Shown here one piece after another: positions 28,277 to 38,137 of a stretch of 64,000 nucleotides of DNA (the first letter of the stretch is position 1; each line of letters opens with the position of its first letter). Origin of the DNA: an uncultured Gammaproteobacteria bacterium (GTDB lineage Bacteria > Patescibacteriota > Patescibacteriia > UBA9934); the NCBI GenBank assembly GCA_964355955.1, contig CAYHFQ010000003.1, positions 31,777 to 95,776 on the forward strand, written 5' to 3'. Position numbers and translations under genes: made by a program. The notes beneath the pieces were generated by a model. The model was not told where the DNA came from. It ran no database searches and saw only the letters and a program-made list of their open reading frames with translations.

Positions 28277-30190
28277 CTAAGGTGAAAGAGGCAAGAGGTC
28301 GCAAGTCTCGGACCGAGCTTCGCCGTTACAACAAGATGGATTGTCGACGCTAACCTGACAGCAGGCAGAAGTTGGGTCGTTGGGATTACAGGTACCGCTC
28401 GTGGCGTCTGGCCCGTTAGCAGGGACGTAACAGTTCTGGTACTGATTTTCGATACCCTGGCTAGCCAAGACGCCGTAGAGATAGGTCTTGCCCTCGGTCG
28501 AGGCGAGGAAGGTGCCGTGGCCGATGGAAGTTTGGGTGTGGAGCGTGGCTTGGTTAACTGGATCTGTGACTTCGGCGCCGCTTAAGTCGATGCCCACACT
28601 GCGCGGTAAGAACCACATTTCGTGGCTACCGCCGGTCGAAGTTTCTTTGTTGCTCATGCTGACGTTAGCACTGGTTAGTGACAGGGTGCGCATGATATCC
28701 CAGAAAGTGATGGTAACAGTTTGATCGAGCGCCTGGTCCTCGCCGAGAATGCTAGGCGAAATGTTCATGATGGTTGGGCCGACTAGGTTAATGTCGCCCG
28801 AGGTTGAGAAGGTCCAGTCTGGGAAGTCGTCGCCAGCCGTGCCGTCCTGGTTACCGTCTAAGCTGTTCGAGGCAGCGTCGACGATACCATCGTAGTTTGG
28901 TGGAAGGTTGTCAGCTTGTGGTGGGCTGGCCGTAGTGGTAGCGGCGGCAATGCGGAGCGTAATGTCGTCGTTAGCCGGCAAACAGTAAATAGTGGAGCCG
29001 CAAGAGTTGGTGCCGCAATCGTCAGTCGAAGTGAAGGTAATAGTTTTGTAGCCGTTGCTGATTTGGTAGGTACCGGCTTGAGCCGTGCTAGTAGCCCCGC
29101 TCACAGTTTGGATGTTAGAGAAGCCGCTAGTGGCGGTGCGGGTACCGGTGGAAGAGGTTGGGTCGATAGCCTCGTTGAAGGTGACTTCCACGGAAATGTT
29201 GCGGTCGAAGGTTTGATTTTGCGCTGGGACCACGGCCACGACGTGCGGTGGAGTTAAGTCGATAGTGGTGCCAACGGTGAAGGACCATTCGTAACCGCCT
29301 GAATAAACACCGGTGAAGGCGTCCTGGCTATCTGCTGTTTTGATGGCAGTGTTGAGCGAGATCGTATAGAGCGTGTCAGCAGCGGCCGAACCGAGGTAGC
29401 CTTGTGGGACGAAGGTAAAGGTAGTGAGGTCGTCGGTGAAGTAAACGTCGACATCGGTGCGAACTACCTCGAGACCGGTATCAGGGTCGACGGAGGAAAT
29501 GGCGACCATGGTGCTATTAATGAGAGTGCCGCTGGCAACATCGTCGCTGAGATCGGTGCCAGTACCGCTCGTGTTGTAGTCCGCAATAAAGGAAGGGATG
29601 TCCATTGGCTCGGCGAAAGTGACCATGACGTGCGTGTTGCGAGCGATGTCGACAGCGTTGCGTTCTGGGTAATGGTCGCGGAGAATGCCGGCACCGAGAG
29701 AACCGGACAAGACTTCCACGGACACGACACCGTTACTCGAGGTGTTACTGCCAGATCCAGAGCCTGCGCCGAGGGCGTTTAAAATGAAGGTAGCGATACC
29801 GTAAGCGCCGAGAACGATGATGATACCGATAGTGCCATTGATGAGTGTACTTTTGGCGCGTTTGATTTTATCCTCACTGCCGCCGGCGGTCATCCAGAGG
29901 ACGCCAGCGTAGATGATGAGAATAAGGAACACGACGCCAAGCACACCGAGCACGACCGAAATAATAGTGCCGATGATGGTCAAGAGATCCGTGTTCGCAA
30001 AGCCGGCTGTGGCGCCGACACTGGTCAACGCTGCCGTTGAATCTTGAGCTAAGGCGAAGTGCGGATGAGCAACCGCAAAGGCTGCCAGTGCGGCAGCGAA
30101 GGTGGTGAATGATGCGACTCGTTTCAAGATAGAAGAATAGACCACAGGAAAGATGCAAACTGCAGAACCAATGCTCACAGTATACAACAT
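28277..30190 (-). CDS. Pilin-anchored protein with SbsA-type Ig-like domains (likely start TTG 30127)
   Basis: YAGVLWMTAGGSEDKIKRAK pilin motif; VTFAEPMD and VTFNEAID Ig-like motifs; Cys-rich tail. Confidence 0.85.
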   Translation of the reverse strand: MLYTVSIGSAVCIFPVVYSSILKRVASFTTFAAALAAFAVAHPHFALAQDSTAALTSVGATAGFANTDLLTIIGTIISVVLGVLGVVFLILIIYAGVLWMTAGGSEDKIKRAKSTLINGTIGIIIVLGAYGIATFILNALGAGSGSGSNTSSNGVVSVEVLSGSLGAGILRDHYPERNAVDIARNTHVMVTFAEPMDIPSFIADYNTSGTGTDLSDDVASGTLINSTMVAISSVDPDTGLEVVRTDVDVYFTDDLTTFTFVPQGYLGSAAADTLYTISLNTAIKTADSQDAFTGVYSGGYEWSFTVGTTIDLTPPHVVAVVPAQNQTFDRNISVEVTFNEAIDPTSSTGTRTATSGFSNIQTVSGATSTAQAGTYQISNGYKTITFTSTDDCGTNSCGSTIYCLPANDDITLRIAAATTTASPPQADNLPPNYDGIVDAASNSLDGNQDGTAGDDFPDWTFSTSGDINLVGPTIMNISPSILGEDQALDQTVTITFWDIMRTLSLTSANVSMSNKETSTGGSHEMWFLPRSVGIDLSGAEVTDPVNQATLHTQTSIGHGTFLASTEGKTYLYGVLASQGIENQYQNCYVPANGPDATSGTCNPNDPTSACCQVSVDNPSCCNGEARSETCDLLPLSP

Positions 30191-30208
30191 TTTTTCCTGG
30201 TGTACGAC

Positions 30209-31333
30209 CTAGGTTGTGGAGAACATTTTAGCGATGGCGGTTTTTAGTTCTATCAGGCCTGTTTTGGCGTGTGCGGAAACTACAACGCCCCCTCTAACTC
30301 CCCCATAGCTGGGGGAGGACGTACTCAAAAGTTTTTTGATGGTGGCCGGCTTCTTGATGGCGTCGATTTTATTGTAAACGATGAGACGTGGATGGTCCGC
30401 GATATTCAACTGCTGCAGCACATCATCGACCACCGCCATCTTAGCAACGTACTTGGGATCAGCCACGTCGACGACCTGCAAAAGTAAATCGGCGTTAGCG
30501 GCTTCGGAGAGCGTGCTGTGAAAAGCGCGGATGAGCTGGGGTGGGAGGCCGGCGATGAAGCCGATGGTGTCCGAGAGTAAAATAGTCTCGTTAAGTTCAG
30601 GAATATAAACGTCGGCCACGCGCGTGTCGAGGGTGGCGAAGAGCTTATCCGCGGCGTATTCCTGGCGTTTACCGAGCGCATTTAAGAGCGACGTCTTGCC
30701 GGCGTTGGTATAGCCGACCAAGGCGACGGTTTTCTTTTCTTGGCGTCGACGATGCTGTTGGTGCTGGTCGCGCACGCTTTGGCACTTCTCGAGCTTCTGC
30801 AAAATCTGCTTTTCCTGCTCGCGTAAGTGGCGCTTCATCGCTTCCGTGTTGCCTTCCCCACTACCGCCGACTGTACCACGACCACCGCGTTGACGGCCGA
30901 GTTCCGCACCCATGTTGAAAATACGGGGGCCCATGTGACGCAAACGGGCTAGTTCGATTTCCAGCTTGGCCTCGCTCGTTTTAGCATGTTTGTCGAAAAT
31001 GTTGAGAATGAGGTCGATGCGATCCCAGACCTGTATTTTGGCACCACGAAGCAGCTCTTCGAGATTGAAAATTTGTTGCGGCTTTAAGACTTCGTTAATG
31101 ATGAGCAAATCGGCACCGAGCAACTTGCCTTCTGCCACAATCTCCTCCACCTTGCCGCTGCCGATGTAGGTGCGATTGTCGGGCTTAGCGCGACGCTGGA
31201 CGGTTCGGACGACGGCTACTCCCCCGTACGTCTTCGTCAATTCCTCGAGCTCAGCGAGACGCTCTAAAGCCTCGGCCTTCGGCACGGTGTAATGAACGAG
31301 GTCGGCGAGAATGGCGCGGCGAAGTGTGGGCAT
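30209..31333 (-). CDS. hflX: GTPase HflX
   Basis: GYTNAGKT, DKLFATLD, DTIGFI, NKID. Confidence 0.96.
   Translation of the reverse strand: MPTLRRAILADLVHYTVPKAEALERLAELEELTKTYGGVAVVRTVQRRAKPDNRTYIGSGKVEEIVAEGKLLGADLLIINEVLKPQQIFNLEELLRGAKIQVWDRIDLILNIFDKHAKTSEAKLEIELARLRHMGPRIFNMGAELGRQRGGRGTVGGSGEGNTEAMKRHLREQEKQILQKLEKCQSVRDQHQQHRRRQEKKTVALVGYTNAGKTSLLNALGKRQEYAADKLFATLDTRVADVYIPELNETILLSDTIGFIAGLPPQLIRAFHSTLSEAANADLLLQVVDVADPKYVAKMAVVDDVLQQLNIADHPRLIVYNKIDAIKKPATIKKLLSTSSPSYGGVRGGVVVSAHAKTGLIELKTAIAKMFSTT
30287..30320. repeat. Repeat family C, in-frame copy in hflX
   Basis: Encodes SSPSYGGVRGG just before VVVSA. Confidence 0.9.
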
Positions 31334-31335
31334 AG

Positions 31336-31881
31336 TTATTTAGTAGATTTTATCTTTTTGATTTCTCGCGCTACAGAAAATACAAACTCCAAATCTTTTA
31401 TCGAGTATTCTGAGTCTATAGCGGCCAGGGTTCCTATATGTAGACGATTTCGCAGAATTCGCACTTTATCAACATCTTTATAAATCTGCTCGTTGATAAC
31501 TGAGTGATCCCGACAGAGAGTGTTAATATCACCTAAATTTATTTTACCTAGCTTTACAGGTTCAATGTTCACTACATGAGAGCCTAGAACTATACGATCC
31601 TGATTATTAATTTTATAAAGTTCTCTGGAAATCTTAAAGCTTTTTGTTTCTCTAGTTAAATTTTCTTCAGAGACCATGCTCTTCAAAAACCAAACCAGTA
31701 GTGCTTCGATAATTGAAGCGGTATAAACAATAGCAGTTTTCCTAAAGCTACTTCTGAGCGAAGAGGTGTATGTTGGTAAGTCTGATAGATATACTAATTC
31801 CATCAAATGCTCAAATGCAGTGTAGATGTTTCCCCTTAGAATGTCGTCTTCAACAAAAGAAAAATTGGACATTCTAGACAT
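31336..31881 (-). CDS. AT-rich hypothetical protein with a HEPN-like motif
   Basis: ASIIEALL and RILRNRLH. Confidence 0.65.
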   Translation of the reverse strand: MSRMSNFSFVEDDILRGNIYTAFEHLMELVYLSDLPTYTSSLRSSFRKTAIVYTASIIEALLVWFLKSMVSEENLTRETKSFKISRELYKINNQDRIVLGSHVVNIEPVKLGKINLGDINTLCRDHSVINEQIYKDVDKVRILRNRLHIGTLAAIDSEYSIKDLEFVFSVAREIKKIKSTK

Positions 31882-31896
31882 AAATAAAATTACAGC

Positions 31897-32070
31897 CTAG
31901 GCATCCTGTAGCATGCCGGCCAATGAAGGATAGCCTTTCTCAATAAAAAACTCGCCGAGTTTTTTCTCTGAATGAGCACCAAAATCAGTTCCAAGTTTTT
32001 TAGCGATGACACTAATTTTAGTATCGAACTTATATATTTCTTCTCGAGTCTTAATTGCCTTCTTTTTCAT
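31897..32070 (-). CDS. 57 aa basic protein (not in the ORF track)
   Basis: MKKKAIKTREEIYKFDTKISVIAKKLGTDFGAHSEKKLGEFFIEKGYPSLAGMLQDA; ends 15 nt upstream of the next start. Confidence 0.6.
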   Translation of the reverse strand: MKKKAIKTREEIYKFDTKISVIAKKLGTDFGAHSEKKLGEFFIEKGYPSLAGMLQDA

Positions 32071-32228
32071 ATAACTAAACTATACCAAGATGACTCTAAG
32101 TGGACAAATGGCTGACAATTTCAGTATGTCGGAAATTCCAGCATACTGAAAACATCAATGATTTGAGATTATTCGGAATTCCGAATTCAGTCAGTTACCG
32201 AGGATTCCTCGGTAACTGCCGATGCTGA

Positions 32229-32627
32229 CTAATTCACCTTCTCCCATGAATCACGGTATGCCAGCAGCTCAGACAATTTAACCGTTTTGTCCGTCGATAA
32301 AATGATATCGATATTCTCGTCACCGTCATTTGCCTGACGCATGAATTCGCGGCAGTGACCGCAGGGAGAGATGACGAAGACGTCGCCGTGCTCGTCCTTC
32401 CAGGTAGCAACGACGGTTTTTATCTTGTGCTCGCCGGCTGTGACCATGGCAGCAATGGCGCTTTGCTCGGCACAGAAACCGATACCGGAAGTATCGATGC
32501 AAGTACCAAGATAAACATGACCCTGTTCCGAGACTACGGCCGCGCCAACGTCGCCTATTAATCGATCGCCGAGCTTATGAGTGGCGATGACCGAGGCTGC
32601 TTGTTTAATGAGTTCGGTGTTGTCCAT
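32229..32627 (-). CDS. Cytidine deaminase family protein
   Basis: CAE and SPCGHCRE zinc motifs. Confidence 0.9.
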   Translation of the reverse strand: MDNTELIKQAASVIATHKLGDRLIGDVGAAVVSEQGHVYLGTCIDTSGIGFCAEQSAIAAMVTAGEHKIKTVVATWKDEHGDVFVISPCGHCREFMRQANDGDENIDIILSTDKTVKLSELLAYRDSWEKVN

Positions 32628-32633
32628 AATCGA

Positions 32634-33092
32634 TTACGCTTTGAGCACCTTATCCACCATCTGCTTAATGCGGGAACCGTCGGCCATGTCTTTCAGCTTG
32701 CCCATGAGAGTGCCCATGGCTTTGCCGAGATCCGCGGCGGAGGTAATGCCGAGTGAGGCGAGTTCGGCGCGCACTTTTTCCTCGAGTTCACCGTCGGTGA
32801 TTTGGGCTGGGAGATATTTTTCGAGGATGGCGATTTCGCGCCGGGCGGCGTCGGCCAAGTCTTCACGAGCAGCGACGACGAATGATTCGAGACCGTCCTT
32901 TAACTTCTTCACATCACTTTTAATGACACCCATGACGTCGGCGTCGGCGATTTCTTGACTGGCGACGGTGCCGGCTTCGATCATCTTGTTCTTGATGGAT
33001 GAGATAAGCATGCGGATGGTGTCGAGTGTGGCGCTGTCGTGGGCTTTCATGGCGGACTTCATGTCTTCGCGGATTTGTTCGTACAATGTCAT
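32634..33092 (-). CDS. GatB/YqeY domain protein
   Basis: DMKSAMKA, EIAILEKYLPAQ, DLGKAMG. Confidence 0.92.
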   Translation of the reverse strand: MTLYEQIREDMKSAMKAHDSATLDTIRMLISSIKNKMIEAGTVASQEIADADVMGVIKSDVKKLKDGLESFVVAAREDLADAARREIAILEKYLPAQITDGELEEKVRAELASLGITSAADLGKAMGTLMGKLKDMADGSRIKQMVDKVLKA

Positions 33093-33170
33093 AATCGATA
33101 ATTATTTGAGTTTGTTCGATTCTACCATATAACACAAAACAGGAGTAAAACCCCTGTTTTATGGTTTGTT

Positions 33171-33425
33171 TTATTGACGACGGCGGGACTGTTGCATGTC
33201 TTCTTCCTTAACCTTGCCTGTTTTAAGCAAGTATTCGCGTTTAGCACCCATTTCTAAGCGGCGGATAGCGCTGCCATGTTTACGGGTTTTGCTTGGGGCT
33301 TTGGCGTGATAGCGGGAGGCGCGCACGGTCAAAACCTTACCACTTTGCTGAATGCGACGTGAAAAGCGACGGAAAACCGCTTCAAAACTCTCGCCTTTTT
33401 TGCGTTTTACTTCAATTGTAGCCAT
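33171..33425 (-). CDS. rpsU: 30S ribosomal protein S21 (CPR type)
   Basis: EVKRKKGESFEAVFRRFSRRIQQSG. Confidence 0.85.
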   Translation of the reverse strand: MATIEVKRKKGESFEAVFRRFSRRIQQSGKVLTVRASRYHAKAPSKTRKHGSAIRRLEMGAKREYLLKTGKVKEEDMQQSRRRQ

Positions 33426-33553
33426 GAATATACCTTCCTTTCTATTGTTGGATGGGTGGATAGTACCGTAAAGGGTGGGATAAGTCAAAAAAACAGAACG
33501 CCCGACAAACAGCCATCGGGCGTCTGTCGGGCTAGGAGTTGTGGTCCAGTACC

Positions 33554-34171
33554 CTACTCGCGAGGGACCGCATGGCTGGGCGCCTGTGCGTTTGCCTCAA
33601 GAACAGCGAAGGCGAAGGGGCAGTCAGGGTTTCCCTCGACGCCGTCGGCGTAGATGTAGGAAACGTACACCTGGCCGCCACTCCAGCCGAGCTGCAGGAA
33701 CCTACGCTTGTCTTCCTCATCGAGAATTCTCTCGGCGAAGACCAGCTTGCCGCCAGTCTTCAACTCGGCTGGAAAGAGGTGAGCATGCTCAGGCTTCCGC
33801 AGCTCGTAAGCAACTTGCAAACCTGCGAACTGACGGTCTTTCAGCTCGTCCTGGATGTCGTCGAATTTGTTCCAGTGCTTCCGCTGGCTCGGGAAAACAG
33901 CCTTGATCTGGCGCAGATTGAGCACGCCCTTGTACAGGTTGGGTGGCTGTACCGTACTCCGGTCGTAGGTCCAGTCCGAGAAGAACGTCGGCGGGTCGCC
34001 GCTGCAGTCCACCAACATGGGATGGACGGGGTTGACCTCAGCGATGAGGTGGCGGCTGAGTGCCGGCCGTTTGGCGATGGCCGCCAAGTCTTTCGAGGTG
34101 CCACCCTCAGCGGCGAAAGCAGCGAGGAAGGCGGTGACGTCGGCGGGATCGAAGTTGTCGATGTCGGCCAT
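33554..34171 (-). CDS. Orphan cassette gene (205 aa)
   Basis: Start MADIDNF with GGAG SD; promoter-like TGGACA-17-TATAAA at about 34235-34263; hairpin plus U-tract at about 33487-33528. The ORF-track extension into hisS is rejected. Confidence 0.7.
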   Translation of the reverse strand: MADIDNFDPADVTAFLAAFAAEGGTSKDLAAIAKRPALSRHLIAEVNPVHPMLVDCSGDPPTFFSDWTYDRSTVQPPNLYKGVLNLRQIKAVFPSQRKHWNKFDDIQDELKDRQFAGLQVAYELRKPEHAHLFPAELKTGGKLVFAERILDEEDKRRFLQLGWSGGQVYVSYIYADGVEGNPDCPFAFAVLEANAQAPSHAVPRE

Positions 34172-34271
34172 GAGAGCTCCGGCGGTGTGGGTTGATCTAA
34201 AAAACGGTCGAGGACAGAATGTCCAAGACCGTATTTTATAACCTGAAATAAGTTTTTTGTCCAGTGTCAGC

Positions 34272-35756
34272 CTAGTGCCTACCAAAGAGCTTACGCTTCT
34301 TTTGGATTGGTTCTGGGGCCTTTGGCGCTGGGGCTTTTTTGACTTCTTCGATGACTGGGGCGATGCCGTTTTCTTCGTTCTCAGCGGCGAGGGCTGTCTT
34401 TTCGACGAGGGACAGCTTGTTCTTGGCGACAACGCGGCGAGCCAGGAGGCCGACCACTTTCTCCACGTCGACGATTTCCTGAGCACCGGAGTCCATGTCG
34501 CGGACGATGATAGTACCGTCGAGAACCTCCTTTTGACCGAGGATGAGAGCCATCTTGGCCTTGAGCTTGTCCGCCACTTCGAGCTGAGCCTTCAATGAAC
34601 CTTTACCGAAGGCTTCGGCACAGCTCATGCCGCCCACGCGGATCTTTTCGAAGACAGCCAAACCCTTACGACGAGCCGCTTCGCCCAACTGACAGAAGAA
34701 GATGTCGACGCGACGCTCCTCCGCCAACTGGAAAACGCCAGATTGCTTCATGGCAAGAATGGTGCGATCGACGCCCAAACCAGCACCCATAGCGCCAGTA
34801 TTCTCACGACCGCCGAGCATTGGTACCAAGCCGTCGTAACGACCACCGCCACCGAGGGCTAGGCCCTTCATCTCCTCGTTCTTTGGGTTAGCCATGTAGA
34901 CCTCGAAGATGCTGTGGGTGTAGTAGTCGAGACCACGGACCAAGTGTGGGTCGAGTACGTATGGCACCTCAGCTTCGTCGAGATATTCCAAAGCCTTCAT
35001 GAAGTGAGCCTTACTCTCAGCGTCGAGATAATCGATGATTTGGGGGGCGCCGGCCTTGAGTTCGTTCATGCCAGGCTCCTTAGAGTCGAGCAAACGGAGA
35101 GGGTTCTTGAGCATACGCTTTTTGTCCAGTTCCGACAGCTTGTTCTTGTGTTGCTTGAAGTAAGCGAGCAGCTCGCTGATATAGTCCTTGCGGGAAGCTG
35201 GGGTGCCGAGTGAATTGACATGGAGAATGACTTCGACGCCGAGCTCGCGGTAAAAACGGTGGGCCATGAGCATGACCTGAGCGTCAATGATAGGGTCAAT
35301 AGAACCCAAAGCCTCAATACCGAACTGCTGCAACTGACGATAACGGCCGAACTGTGGACGGTCATGACGGAAGAATTGTTCGAAGTACCAGAGCTTCACT
35401 GGCTGTGGTTGGTTGACCATGCCATGTTCAATGTAAGCACGGGCCACCTGAGCGGTGCCTTCTGGGCGCATGGCAACCTTGTCACCACCCGGGTCTTCAA
35501 AAACATACATTTCCTTGGTCACGACGTCGCTTTCTTTGCCGGCGGTGCGCTCAAACAGGGCAGCGTTTTCGAGGACTGGCAAACGAATGCGGTTGAAGCT
35601 GTAGGACTTGGTGAGGCTAGCGGCAACGGACTCGACGCGGTCCCAGAACCATTGTTCGTCCGGCAAAACGTCGCGGAAACCACGCACGAGTTCTGGGGTC
35701 TTGCTCTTCTTCTTGGATTCAACTGGGGCGGCGGCAGGAGCGGTAGGCTTTGGCAT
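34272..35756 (-). CDS. hisS: Histidine--tRNA ligase
   Basis: RGFRD, RPEGTA, FRHDRPQ.GRYRQ, VRGLDYY, GGGRYDGL. Confidence 0.97.
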   Translation of the reverse strand: MPKPTAPAAAPVESKKKSKTPELVRGFRDVLPDEQWFWDRVESVAASLTKSYSFNRIRLPVLENAALFERTAGKESDVVTKEMYVFEDPGGDKVAMRPEGTAQVARAYIEHGMVNQPQPVKLWYFEQFFRHDRPQFGRYRQLQQFGIEALGSIDPIIDAQVMLMAHRFYRELGVEVILHVNSLGTPASRKDYISELLAYFKQHKNKLSELDKKRMLKNPLRLLDSKEPGMNELKAGAPQIIDYLDAESKAHFMKALEYLDEAEVPYVLDPHLVRGLDYYTHSIFEVYMANPKNEEMKGLALGGGGRYDGLVPMLGGRENTGAMGAGLGVDRTILAMKQSGVFQLAEERRVDIFFCQLGEAARRKGLAVFEKIRVGGMSCAEAFGKGSLKAQLEVADKLKAKMALILGQKEVLDGTIIVRDMDSGAQEIVDVEKVVGLLARRVVAKNKLSLVEKTALAAENEENGIAPVIEEVKKAPAPKAPEPIQKKRKLFGRH

Positions 35757-35781
35757 AGTAGATTATCAACTAGAAATTATC

Positions 35782-36414
35782 CTAAAAATTATATTGGGGA
35801 GCGGCGAAGGTGCCGAGTCGACTAAGTGGGAAACCGCGAATCCAGACGCGGCCAATGAAGTTTTCAAACGGGATAGTGCCGATGATGCGAGAATCGAGGC
35901 TGGCGCCGCGGTTGTCACCCATGACGAAGTACTGACCAGCGGGGATAACTACTTTCTGCGGATTGCCGGTTGTTTGCGTTTCGTAAGTTTCATCGAGAAT
36001 AATTCCGTTGGGATACTCGGTGTTATAAATGGTGACGTTGCCTTCTTTGACTTCCACTGTTTCGCCGGGTAAGCCGATGATGCGCTTAATATAGTATTGG
36101 CTACTCTCTTCTACGGCCCCGGTCGCTGTATGCTCTGGTGGATGGAAGACGACGACCTCACCGCGCACTGGAGCGCGCAGACGGAAGGACATTTCGTCGA
36201 CGATGAGATACTCCTTATCATGGAAGGTTGGGTCCATGCTGGCACCTTTGACGACGAATGGCTGAATGAGGAAGTAACGAACGATGAAAATGATGACGAT
36301 GGCGACAATGATGATTTTACTGATTTCGATCAAGAAAGCGACGACGGGATTCTTGAAGAAGCCCTTTGGTTGCAACTCGACCCCGCCCTCGGATACTGGA
36401 GAAAGCTCATTCAT
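35782..36414 (-). CDS. lepB: Signal peptidase I
   Basis: GASMDPT, YIKRIIG, GDNR..SLDSR. Confidence 0.95.
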   Translation of the reverse strand: MNELSPVSEGGVELQPKGFFKNPVVAFLIEISKIIIVAIVIIFIVRYFLIQPFVVKGASMDPTFHDKEYLIVDEMSFRLRAPVRGEVVVFHPPEHTATGAVEESSQYYIKRIIGLPGETVEVKEGNVTIYNTEYPNGIILDETYETQTTGNPQKVVIPAGQYFVMGDNRGASLDSRIIGTIPFENFIGRVWIRGFPLSRLGTFAAPQYNF

Positions 36415-36463
36415 AAGGCAAATATGCAAAATTACTCACAGTATAGCACAAAATAGGAAAAAA

Positions 36464-36967
36464 TCAAGTGCCCGCTGACACCTTGATTGCTGCCGCTAGA
36501 CGACTCAACTCTGTAGGATCAGCCAAAGGGCCGCTACCTGAAGAAATCCAGCCTTCATAATTCTCAAACCAGAACTCTTGACCACTTGGTACTTGTCGCC
36601 AAAGACCTTTCTTTAAATTCTCTGTACCATGAAAAGGAACCAACTTAATATGAGCGTGGTCGATTCCCGTCCCTTCCATTATCAAACCCACCCGACCTAC
36701 GTCGACAAAGTAATGTTCGAGGATGTGGGCAACTTTTTTGGCGGCTAGGATAAATTCTTGTAGGGCTTCGTCAGGCATCCGGAGGACATCACTAGCAAAA
36801 TGTTGTTTAGGAATAACACAAGTAAAGCCTGTTGTATTTGGATCGATTGCTAACCAGGCCATGAAATGACTATCTTCCCAGAACAAGCCTGGTGTAACGA
36901 TATTGCCAGCAACAATTTCGCAAAAAATACATTTGCCGTCTGCTGTAGTTGGGGAATATTTTGTCAT
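36464..36967 (-). CDS. HIT family protein
   Basis: CIFC and a variant triad HAHIK. Confidence 0.85.
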   Translation of the reverse strand: MTKYSPTTADGKCIFCEIVAGNIVTPGLFWEDSHFMAWLAIDPNTTGFTCVIPKQHFASDVLRMPDEALQEFILAAKKVAHILEHYFVDVGRVGLIMEGTGIDHAHIKLVPFHGTENLKKGLWRQVPSGQEFWFENYEGWISSGSGPLADPTELSRLAAAIKVSAGT

Positions 36968-37041
36968 ATATATTAAAAAGATACACGAAACCTGATTAAA
37001 TAATCACTTCATCGCCAGCTGTATATTAATGCAATTCTAAT

Positions 37042-37410
37042 TTAGTAATTATACTGAGCGACCTCCCAGGTATTCCCCCACAAATCAATAAATTCAAAGT
37101 ATTTATATTCTGCTGGCTGTAGAATAGTAGAAATCGTCGAAATACTTTTTGGATGCAAATTCGCAATACGCGAATGCTCTTTTTCAATGTCTTCCGTCTT
37201 TAAAGCAGGCATGACATTATTCCCTATCAACATCTCTTCGTGAGCAATCGAAACATTCAGAATGCCAAAATATACCCCTGTACCATCGTCAAAATCAGCC
37301 CACCGGTCGCCCTCTCGATGCGTGATCCTCTTACCAAATATGCCTTCGTAGAAAGAGATGGCATCATCTAGTGACGTAACCTTCAAGTAAATATGATCGA
37401 AGTTTGCCAT
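37042..37410 (-). CDS. VOC/glyoxalase family protein
   Basis: HIYLKV..LDDAISFY and FIDLWGNTWE. Confidence 0.85.
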   Translation of the reverse strand: MANFDHIYLKVTSLDDAISFYEGIFGKRITHREGDRWADFDDGTGVYFGILNVSIAHEEMLIGNNVMPALKTEDIEKEHSRIANLHPKSISTISTILQPAEYKYFEFIDLWGNTWEVAQYNY

Positions 37411-37581
37411 AGCTAAATTTGGGTATTAACACCAGGTACTTCTTCCGCCCAACCGAGGTACCAATCAGCTAATTTTTGGATAACAGTAGTGTATTGCATA
37501 TATATTTAGAAGATACCATAGAACCAAGCCAAGGAAAATGTGTTTGATTATTTAGTCTGACAGGGCTATTCTTCTATCACT

Positions 37582-38034
37582 ATGGAAATGAATGCAAATG
37601 GTGAGAAACCGAGACCAAGAGTCGGCGTTGGCGTCATGATACAAAATGCACAGGGGCAAATTCTATTAGGACTAAGGAAGGGATCGCACGGAGCTGGCGA
37701 GTGGAGTTTTCCTGGCGGACATTTAGAGTTCGGCGAAACAATCTTTGAGACTGTGAGTCGTGAGGTGAAAGAAGAGACCGATCTCGATGTGGGAGAATTG
37801 TCTGTCATTTCGTTAGCTGATGAAATGAGGTATATCGAAACCGATAACAAACATCACCTGGCAATAACGGTGCGAGCGCAATATTTAGGTGGTGAACCGA
37901 AAATCATGGAGCCGAATAAATGTTTAGAGTGGCGCTGGTTCGATCTGAATAATCAACCTGATAACTTATTGGAGGCTAATCAACTGACACTGGCGAATCT
38001 AAAAGCGGGTGTCATTTACAAGCCAGCGAGGTAA
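37582..38034 (+). CDS. NUDIX hydrolase (NUDT15-like)
   Basis: RVGVGV, RKGSHGAG, PGGHLEFGE..REVKEET, EPNKC..WRWF. Confidence 0.9.
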   Translation: MEMNANGEKPRPRVGVGVMIQNAQGQILLGLRKGSHGAGEWSFPGGHLEFGETIFETVSREVKEETDLDVGELSVISLADEMRYIETDNKHHLAITVRAQYLGGEPKIMEPNKCLEWRWFDLNNQPDNLLEANQLTLANLKAGVIYKPAR

Positions 38035-38137
38035 ACAGCGAAAAAAAATCAAGTAACGAAGTCGCCGCCCACCAGAGCAGCCGGTAGGGGCGACTCGTGG
38101 TGGACGGCGAACGGTGAGGTCGACCTGTGGCTCGGGT

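Noticed and set aside
34172-34486. N-terminal extension of the 33554 ORF overlapping hisS
   Set aside because: Reads as off-frame hisS sequence; the promoter and SD support the start at 34171.
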